A stretch of 36,399 bases of DNA, from IMG/VR virus record IMGVR_UViG_3300031513_000002; one strand, 5' to 3'. The notes under the pieces are model-generated. The model ran no database searches and was not told the origin of the DNA. It worked only from the letters and a program-made list of their open reading frames with translations. Shown piece after piece: positions 24,261 through 33,493 of the stretch; the stretch's first letter is position 1; the number at the start of each line of letters is the position of its first letter. The stretch comes from a virus. Position numbers and translations under genes: made by a program.

Positions 24261-25036
24261 ACTCGATTTTGCTGGCTCTTTTCTGTCTGTTTCTTCCGAA
24301 TCCCGGTCTGGAAATCGACGGGCCAGAGACGCTGGCCGTCGCCGAGTACGGCGACTACGCCATTCGCGGGCTGAGCCTTGAGCAGGCGAAGACGGCCTAC
24401 GTCGATGTGTGGCCCGAAGCCGGCACTACGATTCGGCCAGTACTCACTTGGGCCGGCGAACCGCTGCTGCTATTTCGAGCTCGAGCGCCCGGGCAATATC
24501 GCTTGCTGGTCGTAGTTCCCGTGTCTGCTGATCGTCTGGTGGTCGCAAAGAAGGTGATCCAGGTTGGCACACCGCAGCCCGAACCGAAGCCTGATCCTGG
24601 GCCGCAGCCTGAACCCCAGCCGAAGCCTTACCGTGAACTGTGGCTGCTGGTTGTAGAGGAACGGCTCGATCGCACACCGCAGACCGCGGCGATTGTCTTG
24701 GCGCCGGAATTGCGACGACTACTGAGTGACCGCGTGCGGCTGCTCGATAAGGACGTGCTCGACAAGGCGGATAACGTGCCCAACTGGGCCAGGAAGTGGC
24801 TTGACTTGGCCAAAGGGAAACCACTTCCCTATCTCTTCCTTTTCACGGAACACGGGGAAGTGCTGTGGGAAGGCCCATTGCCGAAAACGCTGGCCGAAGT
24901 GAGAGCCTTGATTGAGCAGCGGCTGCCGAAAGGCACAACGCCGCCACCATCCGTTACACCGTCCACTGCGCCGGCAACGACTATTTGGCGGGGCCTGCCG
25001 CAACGCATGTGCACACCCTATGGCTGCGGCCCTTGA
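24239..25036 (+). CDS. Secreted or membrane-anchored protein with a Pro-rich linker (alternative GTG start at 24257)
   Basis: N-terminal hydrophobic segment SILLALFCLFLPNPG. Linker PQPEPKPDPGPQPEPQPKP. Confidence 0.4.
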   Translation: MVEEQKVNSILLALFCLFLPNPGLEIDGPETLAVAEYGDYAIRGLSLEQAKTAYVDVWPEAGTTIRPVLTWAGEPLLLFRARAPGQYRLLVVVPVSADRLVVAKKVIQVGTPQPEPKPDPGPQPEPQPKPYRELWLLVVEERLDRTPQTAAIVLAPELRRLLSDRVRLLDKDVLDKADNVPNWARKWLDLAKGKPLPYLFLFTEHGEVLWEGPLPKTLAEVRALIEQRLPKGTTPPPSVTPSTAPATTIWRGLPQRMCTPYGCGP

Positions 25037-25047
25037 AAGGAGAGCAA

Positions 25048-25869
25048 ATGTCTGACCTGATTGTTGCGCAATGGAAGGAATGTCTGGCACGGTATGTTGA
25101 GAGGCCAGGCAGCGCTGCGCCGTCGCTTGAACAGGAACTGACCTATCTTGAGGCGCAATTGCTCGCCAATCCGCCGCCCGGCTGTGGCACTGGGCTGATT
25201 CAGGAGTGCCGAGAGCCGCCGCCGCGGTCATTGTCGGTCGAACAAGCAGGCATCAAGGTCGTGCCTATCGACCAGTGGCCGGAGCGGATCGCGGAGTTGA
25301 ATGCGGCAAAGGCGTGGCCGAACAGTCACGTGTGGACGGTCTTCAATCAAGGCAACGTCGGTTCCTGTGCTAGCGAAGCAATTTGCGGGGCCATGCAAGC
25401 CTTGCGAGCCCAAGAGGGCCAGCAGAAGGTCACATTCAATCCCTATGGGCTCTACGGCCGAGTGAATGGCGGCCGCGATGCTGGTTCCTCGCTTCAAGAC
25501 AACCTGAGCTTCGTCCAGCGGTACGGGTGCTTTCCCGAGTCTATTTGGCCGCGCTCCAAAGGCTGGCAGGCTCAGCCAAGTGCGGAGGCTTATGAGGCGG
25601 CCAAGGCCTACCGCTTGCAAGAGGTTGTGCAGGTCCGCAGCCGGGAAGAGTTCGGTTCAGCTTTGCTCGCTGGCCTGCCGGTGTACTTCGGGTACCCGGG
25701 CCATGCAATCTTCGCGGTGGAACTGATTGACCAGAAACGGTTTTGGTACGTCAACTCCTGGGGAACCAATTGGGGCCAGCAAGGCCGCGGCACGCTGTCC
25801 TTTTCCCAGGTCGCCTGGTACTACGGGGCCTACGCGATTCTCACGCCGCGATGGGGTGATTCCAACTAA
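25048..25869 (+). CDS. Papain-family (C1) cysteine peptidase; candidate lysis enzyme
   Basis: RBS aaaggagag. FNQGNVGSCASEA (Gln oxyanion plus catalytic Cys), YPGHAIFAV (His), YVNSWGTNWGQQGRG (Asn-Ser-Trp-Gly signature). No N-terminal signal peptide is evident. Confidence 0.8.
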   Translation: MSDLIVAQWKECLARYVERPGSAAPSLEQELTYLEAQLLANPPPGCGTGLIQECREPPPRSLSVEQAGIKVVPIDQWPERIAELNAAKAWPNSHVWTVFNQGNVGSCASEAICGAMQALRAQEGQQKVTFNPYGLYGRVNGGRDAGSSLQDNLSFVQRYGCFPESIWPRSKGWQAQPSAEAYEAAKAYRLQEVVQVRSREEFGSALLAGLPVYFGYPGHAIFAVELIDQKRFWYVNSWGTNWGQQGRGTLSFSQVAWYYGAYAILTPRWGDSN

Positions 25870-25885
25870 GTCTTGGAGGTGTCAA

Positions 25886-26086
25886 ATGCATCCATTTCAT
25901 CAAGCTGTCCGCGACGCGCGTGTACTGTTTGAGGCACTCGAAAAACAACTCGATGACGCCGACTATAAGCCCACAGCGGAAATACTGCTTGCAAACGAAG
26001 TAGTGCTTCCCGTGGTGGGTGCCATCGGCAAGTTTCTGGCCGAACTAGCTAAAATCAACGTCCATCGGTCGCAATCCAGCGGTTGA
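25886..26086 (+). CDS. Small protein in the lysis cassette (amphipathic or hydrophobic helix)
   Basis: RBS ggaggtg. LLANEVVLPVVGAIGKFLAELA. Confidence 0.35.
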   Translation: MHPFHQAVRDARVLFEALEKQLDDADYKPTAEILLANEVVLPVVGAIGKFLAELAKINVHRSQSSG

Positions 26087-26239
26087 GCAACCATGAGCAC
26101 ACCACAATGGGGTGAACCGCACGGAAACAACGTCGCTGCCACCGTTTCGAGGCCAACCAAGGATGCCACGTATTGGCGAGTGGGCGCGGCTGGCCACCGA
26201 GCTGTGTTCCCTGATAATCGCATACGGAAAGGCTGATTC

Positions 26240-26530
26240 ATGGATGAAATTTTGCAACTATGGTCGCCTGCGATCCAAGGCGGGTTTGCCGTTTTCGCGC
26301 TGGCCTTGCTTGGCGTCAACGTATGGCTCATTAAACAGCTTCTGCGGGTGCTGGCCGACACCAACCAGGTGATCGCGGGCAACACCAGGGCGATCGAATC
26401 GGTTGCCGGCGTCTCCCACGATAGCAAGCAATTGATCGAGCAACTCCGTAACGAATTGCTGAAGCGGCCCTGTTTAATGGAGGCAAGTAACAAGCGTCAT
26501 CAAGACCCAATGGACGCAAAGACTCCATGA
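26240..26530 (+). CDS. Holin-like single-pass membrane protein
   Basis: GGFAVFALALLGVNVWLI transmembrane segment followed by a charged helical tail. Confidence 0.4.
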   Translation: MDEILQLWSPAIQGGFAVFALALLGVNVWLIKQLLRVLADTNQVIAGNTRAIESVAGVSHDSKQLIEQLRNELLKRPCLMEASNKRHQDPMDAKTP

Positions 26531-26546
26531 CAACGGAGGCCATGCC

Positions 26547-26978
26547 ATGCTGCCTACCCTGAAGTTGTTGGCTGAGGCAGTAGTCGGCGAACTGAATCAA
26601 GGCGAATGGTCGCTGGATTTCGTGGCCCGGCACGCCTACCGGCTGCCGTTGGCTTGTGAACAGGTCAACAGCCTTACCGTTACAGTGACGCCGCACCGGC
26701 TGACCATAGAGTCCCAGCCTCACGGTCTGGATAAGAGCATCTATCAGATCGATTTGTTGATTCAACACAGATTGGAGAGCGAGTCGGCCGAGGAGATCGA
26801 GCCGCTGTTGGGGCTCGCGGAAGAACTGGCCCGCTATTTCCGGCTGCGGCGGCCGACCGCCATGCCCGCGACGGTCTGCGTGAAGGTGGTAAACGAGCCG
26901 GTATACACACTGGAACAGCTAGAGGGGGCGCTTTGCTTTACCAGCGTTCTGGCTTTGACGTTCCAGACGATCCAGTAG
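26547..26978 (+). CDS. Hypothetical virion-associated protein (neck or completion-like)
   Basis: 143-aa ORF immediately upstream of the terminase genes. No motif. Confidence 0.3.
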   Translation: MLPTLKLLAEAVVGELNQGEWSLDFVARHAYRLPLACEQVNSLTVTVTPHRLTIESQPHGLDKSIYQIDLLIQHRLESESAEEIEPLLGLAEELARYFRLRRPTAMPATVCVKVVNEPVYTLEQLEGALCFTSVLALTFQTIQ

Positions 26979-27000
26979 GCGACGCCGGTAGCAAGCGGCA

Positions 27001-27387
27001 ATGGTCACCGATCGACGACTATTGACGGCCCTGGAGGCCAACGGCGGGCTGGTGACGCTGACGGCCCGACAGCTCGGAATCACTCCGCAGGCGATCCATC
27101 GCCGGGCGGCCCGCAAGCCCAAGATTCGCCAGGCCATCCTGGAGGCCCGCGAAGCGATGCTCGATGAGGCCGAGCAGCAGTTGCGGGCGGCAATCGGGCG
27201 GGGCGAACCGTGGGCTGTGTGCTTTGCACTCAAGACGATAGGGCGGTCGCGTGGCTACATTGAGCGGAGCGAGATGGTGCACACCACTGATGCGGCGATG
27301 TCGCAACTGACTGATGAGGAACTTGAAGCCGCAATCCGGCGTGTCGCTGCCAGCACTGCTGCCGGTAGCAACGGAACTAGCCCGTAG
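27001..27387 (+). CDS. terS: Terminase small subunit (HTH type)
   Basis: LLTALEANGGLVTLTARQLGITPQAIHRR HTH, then a helical region. Directly precedes and overlaps the large subunit. Confidence 0.6.
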   Translation: MVTDRRLLTALEANGGLVTLTARQLGITPQAIHRRAARKPKIRQAILEAREAMLDEAEQQLRAAIGRGEPWAVCFALKTIGRSRGYIERSEMVHTTDAAMSQLTDEELEAAIRRVAASTAAGSNGTSP

Positions 27388-28804
27388 ACGCTTCGGTGCG
27401 TTTGTGCACCTGCTAGGCCAGTACAACGAGAACTGGCACCACCGGCTGTTGATCGACCGGCTCCAGCAACTGTCCGAAGGACGCCTCCAGCGGCTGATCG
27501 TGTCGATGCCCCCGCAGCACGGCAAGTCGGAACTGGTCTGCCGCCGCTGGCCGGCCTGGCTGCTGGGCCGTCGGCCGACGCTGAAACTGATCCTTTGCAC
27601 GCACACGGCCACACTGGCCGAGGCCCACAGTCGGCAGGTGCAGCGGCTACTCGGTTCGCCACTGTACCGTCTGGTCTTTCCGGAGGTGCAGTTGCCCGCC
27701 GGACGCGGACAGGCGGGCCGCTACAAGCGGACCGACGAGTTCTGGGAATTGCCGCAGGGCGGGTATCTGCGGGCGGCAGGGGTGGGCGGGGCGATCACCG
27801 GGCTGCGGTTCGACATCGGCATCATCGACGATCCGGTCAAAAGCTGGCAGGAAGCGGAAAGCCCGGCGATGCGTGAGGCCGTCTGGCAGTGGTACACCCA
27901 CGATTTCCTGACCCGCCGCAGCCGCGACGCCCGCATCGTGGTGGTGATGACCCGCTGGCACCGCGACGACCTGGTGGGCCGCCTGCTCCGCCAGCAGGCC
28001 GACCAGTGGGAAGTGGTCCAGCTTCCGGCACTGCTCGAATCGGCCAACAAGCATCCTGAAGACCCACGCTCTGAAGGCGAAGCCCTGTGGCCCGATTTCC
28101 TCAGTGCCGAACAACTCCAGCAGCAGCGTCGCAACGACCCGCGTGCCTTTGCCGCCCTGTACCAGCAGGAGCCCAGCGAGGCCGGCGGCGTCGAATGGCC
28201 CGACAGCTACTTCGGCGACTGGTTGTGGCTGGACCAGTCCCGCTGGCCGCCGCAGGTGGATCGCTGGGTGATGGCGATCGATCCCAGCCGGGGCCGCACC
28301 GACGCCCCGGGCGACTATGCGGCCATCGTGCTGCTGGGCCACAGCCACGACAAGGCCCTGATGTACGTAGAGGCCGATTTGGCGGTGCGTACACCGGAGG
28401 CCACCATCCGCCGGGCGCTCGAATTGTGGGACCAATATCGGCCCGTGTGGATTGCCATCGAGTCCAACCAGTTCCACGGGCTGCTTGAGCGGGACTTCCA
28501 GCGGGAGGCGATCAGCCGGCTGGGAATGCGACTACCGATCTGGCCGATCCTGAACACCGAGCCGAAGCTGCTGCGGATTCGGCGGATCGGCCCGCTGCTG
28601 GCCAACCGCGAGCTGCGGTTCCGGCAGCAATCGCCGGGCTGCCAATTGCTCGTCGATCAGTTGCGGGACTTTCCGCTGGCGGCCCACGACGACGGCCCGG
28701 ATGCCTTGGAGATGGCACTGCGAATCCTGACGGCCACCGCCGTGCTGACGCCGGAGCGGGCGGCGGTGCGTTTTGCCCCTCCGGAAAGCGTTCCACTGCA
28801 CTGA
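27314..28804 (+). CDS. terL: Terminase large subunit (the true start may lie downstream of 27314)
   Basis: Walker A-like MPPQHGKSE, Walker B IGIIDDP, MTRWHRDDL, nuclease-domain VMAIDPSRG...DYAAIVLLG and AHDDGPDALEMA. Confidence 0.85.
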   Translation: MRNLKPQSGVSLPALLPVATELARRRFGAFVHLLGQYNENWHHRLLIDRLQQLSEGRLQRLIVSMPPQHGKSELVCRRWPAWLLGRRPTLKLILCTHTATLAEAHSRQVQRLLGSPLYRLVFPEVQLPAGRGQAGRYKRTDEFWELPQGGYLRAAGVGGAITGLRFDIGIIDDPVKSWQEAESPAMREAVWQWYTHDFLTRRSRDARIVVVMTRWHRDDLVGRLLRQQADQWEVVQLPALLESANKHPEDPRSEGEALWPDFLSAEQLQQQRRNDPRAFAALYQQEPSEAGGVEWPDSYFGDWLWLDQSRWPPQVDRWVMAIDPSRGRTDAPGDYAAIVLLGHSHDKALMYVEADLAVRTPEATIRRALELWDQYRPVWIAIESNQFHGLLERDFQREAISRLGMRLPIWPILNTEPKLLRIRRIGPLLANRELRFRQQSPGCQLLVDQLRDFPLAAHDDGPDALEMALRILTATAVLTPERAAVRFAPPESVPLH

Positions 28805-28815
28805 AAGGACGAGCG

Positions 28816-29631
28816 ATGAAAATCAGCGACATGTTTCGGCGGGCCGACGACGCCTTTCGTCGAGGAGTGATCGAGGTCTTGGCCCAGGAATTGATGCGGG
28901 AAGTCCAGCGTGGCGGGGCCAAGCCAGGGCATCTTGCTATGCGGGTCCTTCGCAGCCTGGGCGGCGAGTTCTGGCCGGTGCGGCGACAGGCACCCCGCGA
29001 ACTGGTTGACCTTCTGGGGCAACTGTGGGACTTGCTGGCGTCCTACAGCCAGCCGGAACGACAACCGCTGGGTAAGGCCGCCGAAATCGAGGAACAACTG
29101 CGTAGGCAGCGTGGTGCCAAGCTGCCCGAGATCGGCCAGGTGCAAGTGCCGCTGACCCAAGGATTCCAGCAACTCCCGCCCGATCACCCCCTGGTCACTG
29201 GCGACATGGTGCCAGTCGATAGCTCCAACGTCCACTCGGTCGGTTACGACCTGGAGCATCACCTGCTGTATGTGCGGTACCTCGATCCTGCCGGTCGGGC
29301 AGGCCCGCTGTACGGCTACCACGATGTCCGCCCGGAAGAGTTCCTGGATTTGCTCGATGCCCCATCCAAAGGCACTTGGGTGTGGGACAACCTGCGGGAA
29401 CGCGGCACGGTGGCCGGCTACCGCAAGCCCTACTTCCTGGCCGGCGTCACCCGCGGTTACGTCCCCCGCCATGCCGTGTTGGCCCGCGTCGGCGGCCAGT
29501 TGGCTGAGGTCTTCCGGCCCCGGACTTCTTTTGTGGGCGGACGGTGGCTGGAGTCGCGTAAACCGCTGCGGGTGGTGCGGGTTCTACAGCCGGTCAAACC
29601 GCCGCGGACAGGCATCGCACAGGCCGGCTGA
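28816..29631 (+). CDS. KTSC domain-containing protein
   Basis: VDSSNVHSVGYDLEHHLLYVRYLDPAGRAGPLYGYHDVRPEEFLDLLDAPSKGTWV matches the KTSC pattern. Confidence 0.6.
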   Translation: MKISDMFRRADDAFRRGVIEVLAQELMREVQRGGAKPGHLAMRVLRSLGGEFWPVRRQAPRELVDLLGQLWDLLASYSQPERQPLGKAAEIEEQLRRQRGAKLPEIGQVQVPLTQGFQQLPPDHPLVTGDMVPVDSSNVHSVGYDLEHHLLYVRYLDPAGRAGPLYGYHDVRPEEFLDLLDAPSKGTWVWDNLRERGTVAGYRKPYFLAGVTRGYVPRHAVLARVGGQLAEVFRPRTSFVGGRWLESRKPLRVVRVLQPVKPPRTGIAQAG

Positions 29632-29684
29632 GCCGCTCAAGTGTCCCCTGTTTTGCAAGGGCGGTTGTTAGAATCGCACGTGAT

Positions 29685-30980
29685 ATGGTGGCATTCGCAC
29701 AACTGTCCAAAGTGACTGAATTTCCCGAAGACCGCTTCCTCAACGTCGAGGGTGTGCCTGTCTTCGTGGCTCACAGCACGCAATTGTCGGATGGGCGAGA
29801 GGTCAGTTTCGGACGCGAAGAGCTGGCGGCGATTTGCGAAAACTGCAATCGCCGAATCCGGCAAACCGGGGACTACGCAGTCGTCACGCTTGGTCACACA
29901 CCCCGGCCTGGAGAAGACCAGCCGATGCCGGAGGTAGTGGGGTTCGCCGGCCCGTTCCGCTTGGGCGAGTTCGCAGGCAAGCCAGCGATCCTGGCCGACT
30001 TCCACATCTTCAAAGAACACGAGGATGTCTTGAAACGGTATCCGCGCCGCAGCCCAGAGTTCCGGCTGGCCGAAGACCTGCGGCAGGTACATCTCGATCC
30101 GATTGCCCTGCTGGGAGCAGAGCCGCCGCGGTTGGATATGGGGCTGACGCTGCTTTACAGCGGCACCGAAGACGGGCTGCCGGTAGAGCGGTATGCCTTT
30201 GCGATGCCCAGCGGCAGCAACACGTTTGTTCCGGAGGTGATTTCCAAACGGTCCAAGAAGGAGGAATACGCGATGAATGAGGAACAACTAAAAGCCATCA
30301 TCGAGGCGCTGGAGAAACTGGATTGGGTCCAGTGGATCAAGCGCAAGATGGCCGAGGAGGCGGCTACCGGGCAGCCGCCGCCGGAACCCGCCAACGAGCA
30401 ATTGGCGGGGCAGCCTTCCGACAAGATCGACCCGGAGAAGGCCAAACAAATCCTGGAGGACGGCGAAGTGCACGGGAAACCACTTACCGAAGACCAGCGG
30501 AAGATGTTGGGGGCGGCGGCCAGTCGGGAACGTGACGCCGATACGGCGATGCGGGAACGTTACCGCCAACTCGAACAGCAGCTTGAACGGCAGAAGACCG
30601 AGGTGGAGGCCCTCCGGAAGCTGCTGGAAGAGGAACGGGCCGATCGTGTCAACGCCGAACGCTATTCGCAGTTGATGGCCCTGCGGCAGGTCTACGCCTT
30701 TGATCTGGACAAAGAGGCCGACCGCTGTCGCTACAGCCGGATGAACGACGAGCAGTTCCGCGATCACCTCCAGTTGATCCGCGAGAATTATCGACGCATC
30801 CCGGTCGGGGAGCGATTGCCGCCCCTGGGACAGGCGGTCGATCCGGACAGTCAGCGTGAGCGGTACTCGGAAGACGTTCGCCGCAAGGCCCTCCAGATCG
30901 CCCTGCGGCGACGCGAGGCCGGCGAAGCGGTCGATTTCGAGTCGCTCCTGGAACAGGTCCAAAAAGGACAGGTCAATTGA
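29685..30980 (+). CDS. Scaffolding / prohead-protease-like protein
   Basis: Positioned before the decoration-like and capsid genes. The C-terminal half is a long charged coiled coil (RYRQLEQQLERQKTEVEALRKLLEEE). Confidence 0.4.
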   Translation: MVAFAQLSKVTEFPEDRFLNVEGVPVFVAHSTQLSDGREVSFGREELAAICENCNRRIRQTGDYAVVTLGHTPRPGEDQPMPEVVGFAGPFRLGEFAGKPAILADFHIFKEHEDVLKRYPRRSPEFRLAEDLRQVHLDPIALLGAEPPRLDMGLTLLYSGTEDGLPVERYAFAMPSGSNTFVPEVISKRSKKEEYAMNEEQLKAIIEALEKLDWVQWIKRKMAEEAATGQPPPEPANEQLAGQPSDKIDPEKAKQILEDGEVHGKPLTEDQRKMLGAAASRERDADTAMRERYRQLEQQLERQKTEVEALRKLLEEERADRVNAERYSQLMALRQVYAFDLDKEADRCRYSRMNDEQFRDHLQLIRENYRRIPVGERLPPLGQAVDPDSQRERYSEDVRRKALQIALRRREAGEAVDFESLLEQVQKGQVN

Positions 30981-30995
30981 AGGAGGTTGATACGC

Positions 30996-31394
30996 ATGGC
31001 GATTCTTAACTTCGTAGCCGGCGGCACGATTCATCCGTGCCGATTTGTGAAACTCACCGGGGCCAACCAGATTGGGCAGGCCACCGGAGCCACGGACGTG
31101 CCGATTGGTGTCTCCTACGAGGGCACACGCTCTTTTCCGTCGCAGGAAAGCACTCCTCCGGCGGCAACCACAAACGATCCGCTTGCCGTCTACTCTGTAG
31201 GCGAACAGTGTTTAGTGGAAGCAGGCGGCACTATCACAGTCGGCGACTTGTTGGAGTCTGACAGCAGTGGGAAGGCTGTGGCGATTGGGACTACTGGTAC
31301 CCGGCACTACGCGGCTTTGGCCCTGGAAAGTGGCGTCGCCGGCGAGCGCATCCGTTGCCTTGTGCTCCCGCCTGTCAAGGTAAAGCTGAGCTAA
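30996..31394 (+). CDS. DUF2190-like small head protein (decoration-like)
   Basis: RBS aggagg. Size and pattern (ITVGDLLESDSSGKAVA ... ALESGVAGERIRCLV) fit, as does its position before the capsid gene. Confidence 0.45.
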   Translation: MAILNFVAGGTIHPCRFVKLTGANQIGQATGATDVPIGVSYEGTRSFPSQESTPPAATTNDPLAVYSVGEQCLVEAGGTITVGDLLESDSSGKAVAIGTTGTRHYAALALESGVAGERIRCLVLPPVKVKLS

Positions 31395-31421
31395 TCTGAC
31401 GCAAATAAGGAGAGATGAACG

Positions 31422-32459
31422 ATGCCAGTTGCACTTCCTGGAATGTCCAACACTTATGTCCCGGTCGCTCTGGCCGGCGACAAACTCCTGGTGGACTTCG
31501 CCCGCGACCCGAAACGCTTCAAGGTTTCCCGCTATACACAAGTGATTCCGGTGGAGAGGGACACGGGCTACTACCTGTACATCTCGCCGGAGGAAGCCGG
31601 GCGGATCGTTAACTCGGATGTCAGACGCTTCGTCTGGTACGACGGCGGCGACGCACCACGCCAGCACGCGGGCACGCAAGAGTTCGAGTTCCGCACCTAC
31701 CGCACCACCCGCTACGCGTACGAGTTCACGCTCGGCTACAAGGCAGTGGAGCAGGCCACCTGGGACATCCTGGCCCGCCATGCAGCGGCGAAGGCCCAAT
31801 TGGCGATGACCGTCCGCACGCAACGGGTAGCCGACGTGCTGTTCGACAGCACGAACTATCCGAGCGGGAACGTCATCAACGTCAACAGCGTTTATGGCGG
31901 CGGCTGGAACACCAGCGATCTGACCAGCAAGCGAATCCTGAGGTCGCTGAACGACGCCGCCGACAAAATCCTCGACGGCACCCTGGGCATGGTCACCAAA
32001 GACGACCTGGTACTGGTCATGGGCACCGGCGTGGCCAAGGCCATCGCCCAGGCCACCGAGATTCTGGAACTGCTGAAGTTCCAGGCCGGTTGGGACTGGG
32101 TGCAAGGGGCCACCAAGCGGACCAACGTCAGCTACGGCGTCCCCGAGCAACTCTACGGTTTCGATGTCGTGGTCGATGAAACCCGCAAGGTCACCACAGC
32201 GAAAAATGCCAGCAGCACCACCATCGCCAGCGTGCTTCCGGCTGACAAGGCAGTCTTGCTGGCCCGGCCCGGCGGGATGGAAGGCACGCCAGGCGTTATC
32301 AACTTCTCGGCCTGTTGTGTGTTTGCCAGGGAAGAGATGACCGTCGAGCAGAAAGACGACCCGGACAATCGCCGCGTCAACGGTCGGGTGGTGGAAGATT
32401 TCGACGTGCGACTGGTGGCCCCGGTGGCTGCGGTGCTGTTTACCAACGTGGTGGTCTGA
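31422..32459 (+). CDS. Major capsid protein
   Basis: RBS aaggagag. 345 aa. Called from synteny (scaffold, small head protein, then this gene). No family assigned. Confidence 0.55.
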   Translation: MPVALPGMSNTYVPVALAGDKLLVDFARDPKRFKVSRYTQVIPVERDTGYYLYISPEEAGRIVNSDVRRFVWYDGGDAPRQHAGTQEFEFRTYRTTRYAYEFTLGYKAVEQATWDILARHAAAKAQLAMTVRTQRVADVLFDSTNYPSGNVINVNSVYGGGWNTSDLTSKRILRSLNDAADKILDGTLGMVTKDDLVLVMGTGVAKAIAQATEILELLKFQAGWDWVQGATKRTNVSYGVPEQLYGFDVVVDETRKVTTAKNASSTTIASVLPADKAVLLARPGGMEGTPGVINFSACCVFAREEMTVEQKDDPDNRRVNGRVVEDFDVRLVAPVAAVLFTNVVV

Positions 32460-32959
32460 TGTGGGCGACAGTAGCCGACCTGATCGCACGCTGGGATCGG
32501 CGGCTCCTGGCCGATCTGGCCGGCGATGACGGCCAGCCAGAATCTGACCTGGAAAACAACGCCCGTATCCTGGCGGCATTGAAAGGGGCCTGCGGAGAAC
32601 TGCGGGCCGCAGTGCTCAAGGGCCGCCGCTATCGGCCCGAAGACCTGGAAAATCTGTCGGAAGTCGATGCCGCTTACCTAAAAGACCTCGTGTGCGGCTT
32701 AGCCGTCTTGCGGCTGGCGGCCTGCCGAGTAACGACCTTGGGCACCGAAGTCTGGGAGGCCCTGCGAAAGGACCTGCGAGAACGCCTGGCTGAACTGGAA
32801 CGCGGGGAAAGAATCTTCGCCACCGATCAGGCACAAGAGGCTGGATTGCCCAAAGCGGACGGCCCACGCTGGGCAGATTACACAGCCTTGAACCTGCTAG
32901 TAGACCGCTGCCGAGGTTACTATCCGCCGCGCAGTCAAGATTTGCCGCTTGGACGTTAG
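32459..32959 (+). CDS. DUF1320 / Mu gp36-like head-tail adaptor
   Basis: TGATG overlap with the capsid stop. MWATVADLIARWDRRLLADLAGDD matches the characteristic N-terminus. Confidence 0.5.
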   Translation: MWATVADLIARWDRRLLADLAGDDGQPESDLENNARILAALKGACGELRAAVLKGRRYRPEDLENLSEVDAAYLKDLVCGLAVLRLAACRVTTLGTEVWEALRKDLRERLAELERGERIFATDQAQEAGLPKADGPRWADYTALNLLVDRCRGYYPPRSQDLPLGR

Positions 32960-32968
32960 GAGCCACCC

Positions 32969-33493
32969 ATGCCGATTGCAGTACAAGTGAGCGGCTTGGC
33001 CACGATCAAAGTCGGCCAAGAGGGCTGCACCGACCAGAACCTCAGTACGCTTGGCTACACCGTCAACGGCGTGCGGATTCGCACTGAGAGCTATTTCGAC
33101 GAGGTTCACGGTGACGAATACGGCGGCGATGCCGGCCCGCCGATCGAATTGATCTACCTGGGTGAACGGGCTGTAGTCACCTGCGAGCTTTCCAAATGGG
33201 ATGCCACCGTGGCCGATAGCATCGCAGCCCGACTACATGGGAAGACGCCGGGTAGAACCAAGGAAGAAGCTGGTGTTTCCTGGCCGGGCACGCCGGTGTT
33301 TGCTTCGACCAAGGCCTACCGCCTGGTGATTTCCGTCGGCGGCCAGAACCAGAAAGGCTTTGACTTCGCCCGGGCCGTGCCCCGCGAGCCGATCGAGATC
33401 AACAAAGGCACACGCCACAGTGTGCTGATGATTGTCTTCGATTGCTACCCGAATGCCTATGGCGTCGTCTTCAGTCCCTACCCGGCGAGCTGA
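32969..33493 (+). CDS. Tail tube-like protein
   Basis: RBS aggag. LGYTVNGVRIRTE ... AVVTCEL ... resembles tube-protein beta-sandwich patterns. Weak call. Confidence 0.35.
   Translation: MPIAVQVSGLATIKVGQEGCTDQNLSTLGYTVNGVRIRTESYFDEVHGDEYGGDAGPPIELIYLGERAVVTCELSKWDATVADSIAARLHGKTPGRTKEEAGVSWPGTPVFASTKAYRLVISVGGQNQKGFDFARAVPREPIEINKGTRHSVLMIVFDCYPNAYGVVFSPYPAS

Noticed and set aside
26112-26372. 86-aa + strand ORF overlapping the holin-like gene
   Set aside because: It overlaps 26240-26530, which has a clean transmembrane segment and a better start context. Its composition is Arg/Cys/Trp-rich and atypical. A 47-aa ORF at 26093-26236 is possible but too short to support.
29632-29684. Possible promoter ttgcaa ... 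tagaat upstream of the scaffold-like gene
   Set aside because: The spacer is only 10 nt, and no alternative -35 element lies at a workable distance.
31212-32579. 455-aa minus-strand ORF
   Set aside because: It is exactly antisense to the major capsid gene. It has a compositional Arg/Gly/Pro bias, no RBS and no motif, so it is a GC-driven shadow ORF.
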